From contig JBEQLE010000021.1 of the NCBI GenBank assembly GCA_040326155.1, positions 1 to 58,092 on the forward strand: 58,092 nt of DNA, in the 5' to 3' direction. A program made the translations under genes and the position numbers. Of this stretch, positions 57,836 to 58,092 are shown one piece after another. This stretch comes from Leptospirales bacterium. GTDB taxonomy: Bacteria > Spirochaetota > Leptospiria > Turneriellales > JAOUFE01. Below the pieces are notes generated by a model. It was not told the origin of the DNA. It made no database searches and worked only from the letters and a program-made list of their open reading frames with translations. Each line of letters opens with the position of its first letter. Positions within the stretch are counted from its first letter, which is position 1.

Positions 57836-58092
57836 CTGATATTAAGAAGGACTTGTAAAGTAGAGATACTAACGTAGCGCACAGGGGCGGAACAACCCGT
57901 AGTAGTGATGAAGCAAAGGGGTTGTATGCTCTGTTTGATTACGAAAACAACCGGATAAATTCCGGGATGATTTTTGTGAGTAGAACAAAGTTGCTTGAGC
58001 TTGTTTGCAAGCCCAGCGGCTGGGTCATAAGAGCCGTATGAAGTGAGAGTTTCAAGTACAGTTCTGTGAGAGCCTGCGGGTGAAGTTCCCGC
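57836..58092 (+). mobile_element. Internally deleted group II intron remnant (bacterial class D / RmInt1-like), cut by window end
   Basis: DV GAGCCGTATGAAGTGAGAGTTTCAAGTACAGTTC (58031-58064; AGC triad, GAGA loop); DVI start; DII/DIII-like GCACAGGGGCGGAACAACCCGTAGTAGTGATGAAG.CAAAGGGGTTG; no RT ORF. Confidence 0.85.

Noticed and set aside
1..58092. CRISPR array, tRNA or rRNA genes
   Set aside because: By eye, no regularly spaced repeats, cloverleaf/T-loop signatures or rRNA motifs were seen in any intergenic region.

Overview
AT-rich bacterial chromosomal segment. Spirochaete-style lipoprotein signal peptides and a Leptospira-like tandem-RHH protein suggest a Leptospirales-related spirochaete; this is inference, not proof. 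Most of the window is housekeeping and physiology: hsp20 under a double CIRCE, amtB-glnK, 2-oxoacid:ferredoxin oxidoreductase, mlaC, a KamA/EpmB-like radical SAM, lepB, rseP, gap, coaD, aspS, a superoxide reductase, ddl, pyrG, a complete che operon, pyrB, an MCP, a hemerythrin, a GAF/HD-GYP protein and oppBC. The right end is an accessory island with two toxin-antitoxin pairs and an internally deleted group II intron. Best leads: (1) a ~69-nt minus-strand transcript at 30603-30671 with a strong sigma70 promoter, a possible leaderless MTRH minigene and an intrinsic terminator, upstream of a LytS kinase / beta-barrel / LTD-metalloprotease / REC-LuxR module; (2) a possible non-covalent nitrogen-signalling set-up: a P-II lacking Tyr51 plus a sigma54-driven, leaderless, stand-alone GlnD-type ACT-ACT protein; (3) a recent 267-bp PDZ duplication in rseP with clustered Thr-to-Ile changes; (4) a mini group II intron whose IEP is reduced to an in-frame 21-codon fusion of its two termini; (5) a G11 tract in a lipoprotein gene. 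I saw no CRISPR array, tRNA or rRNA.
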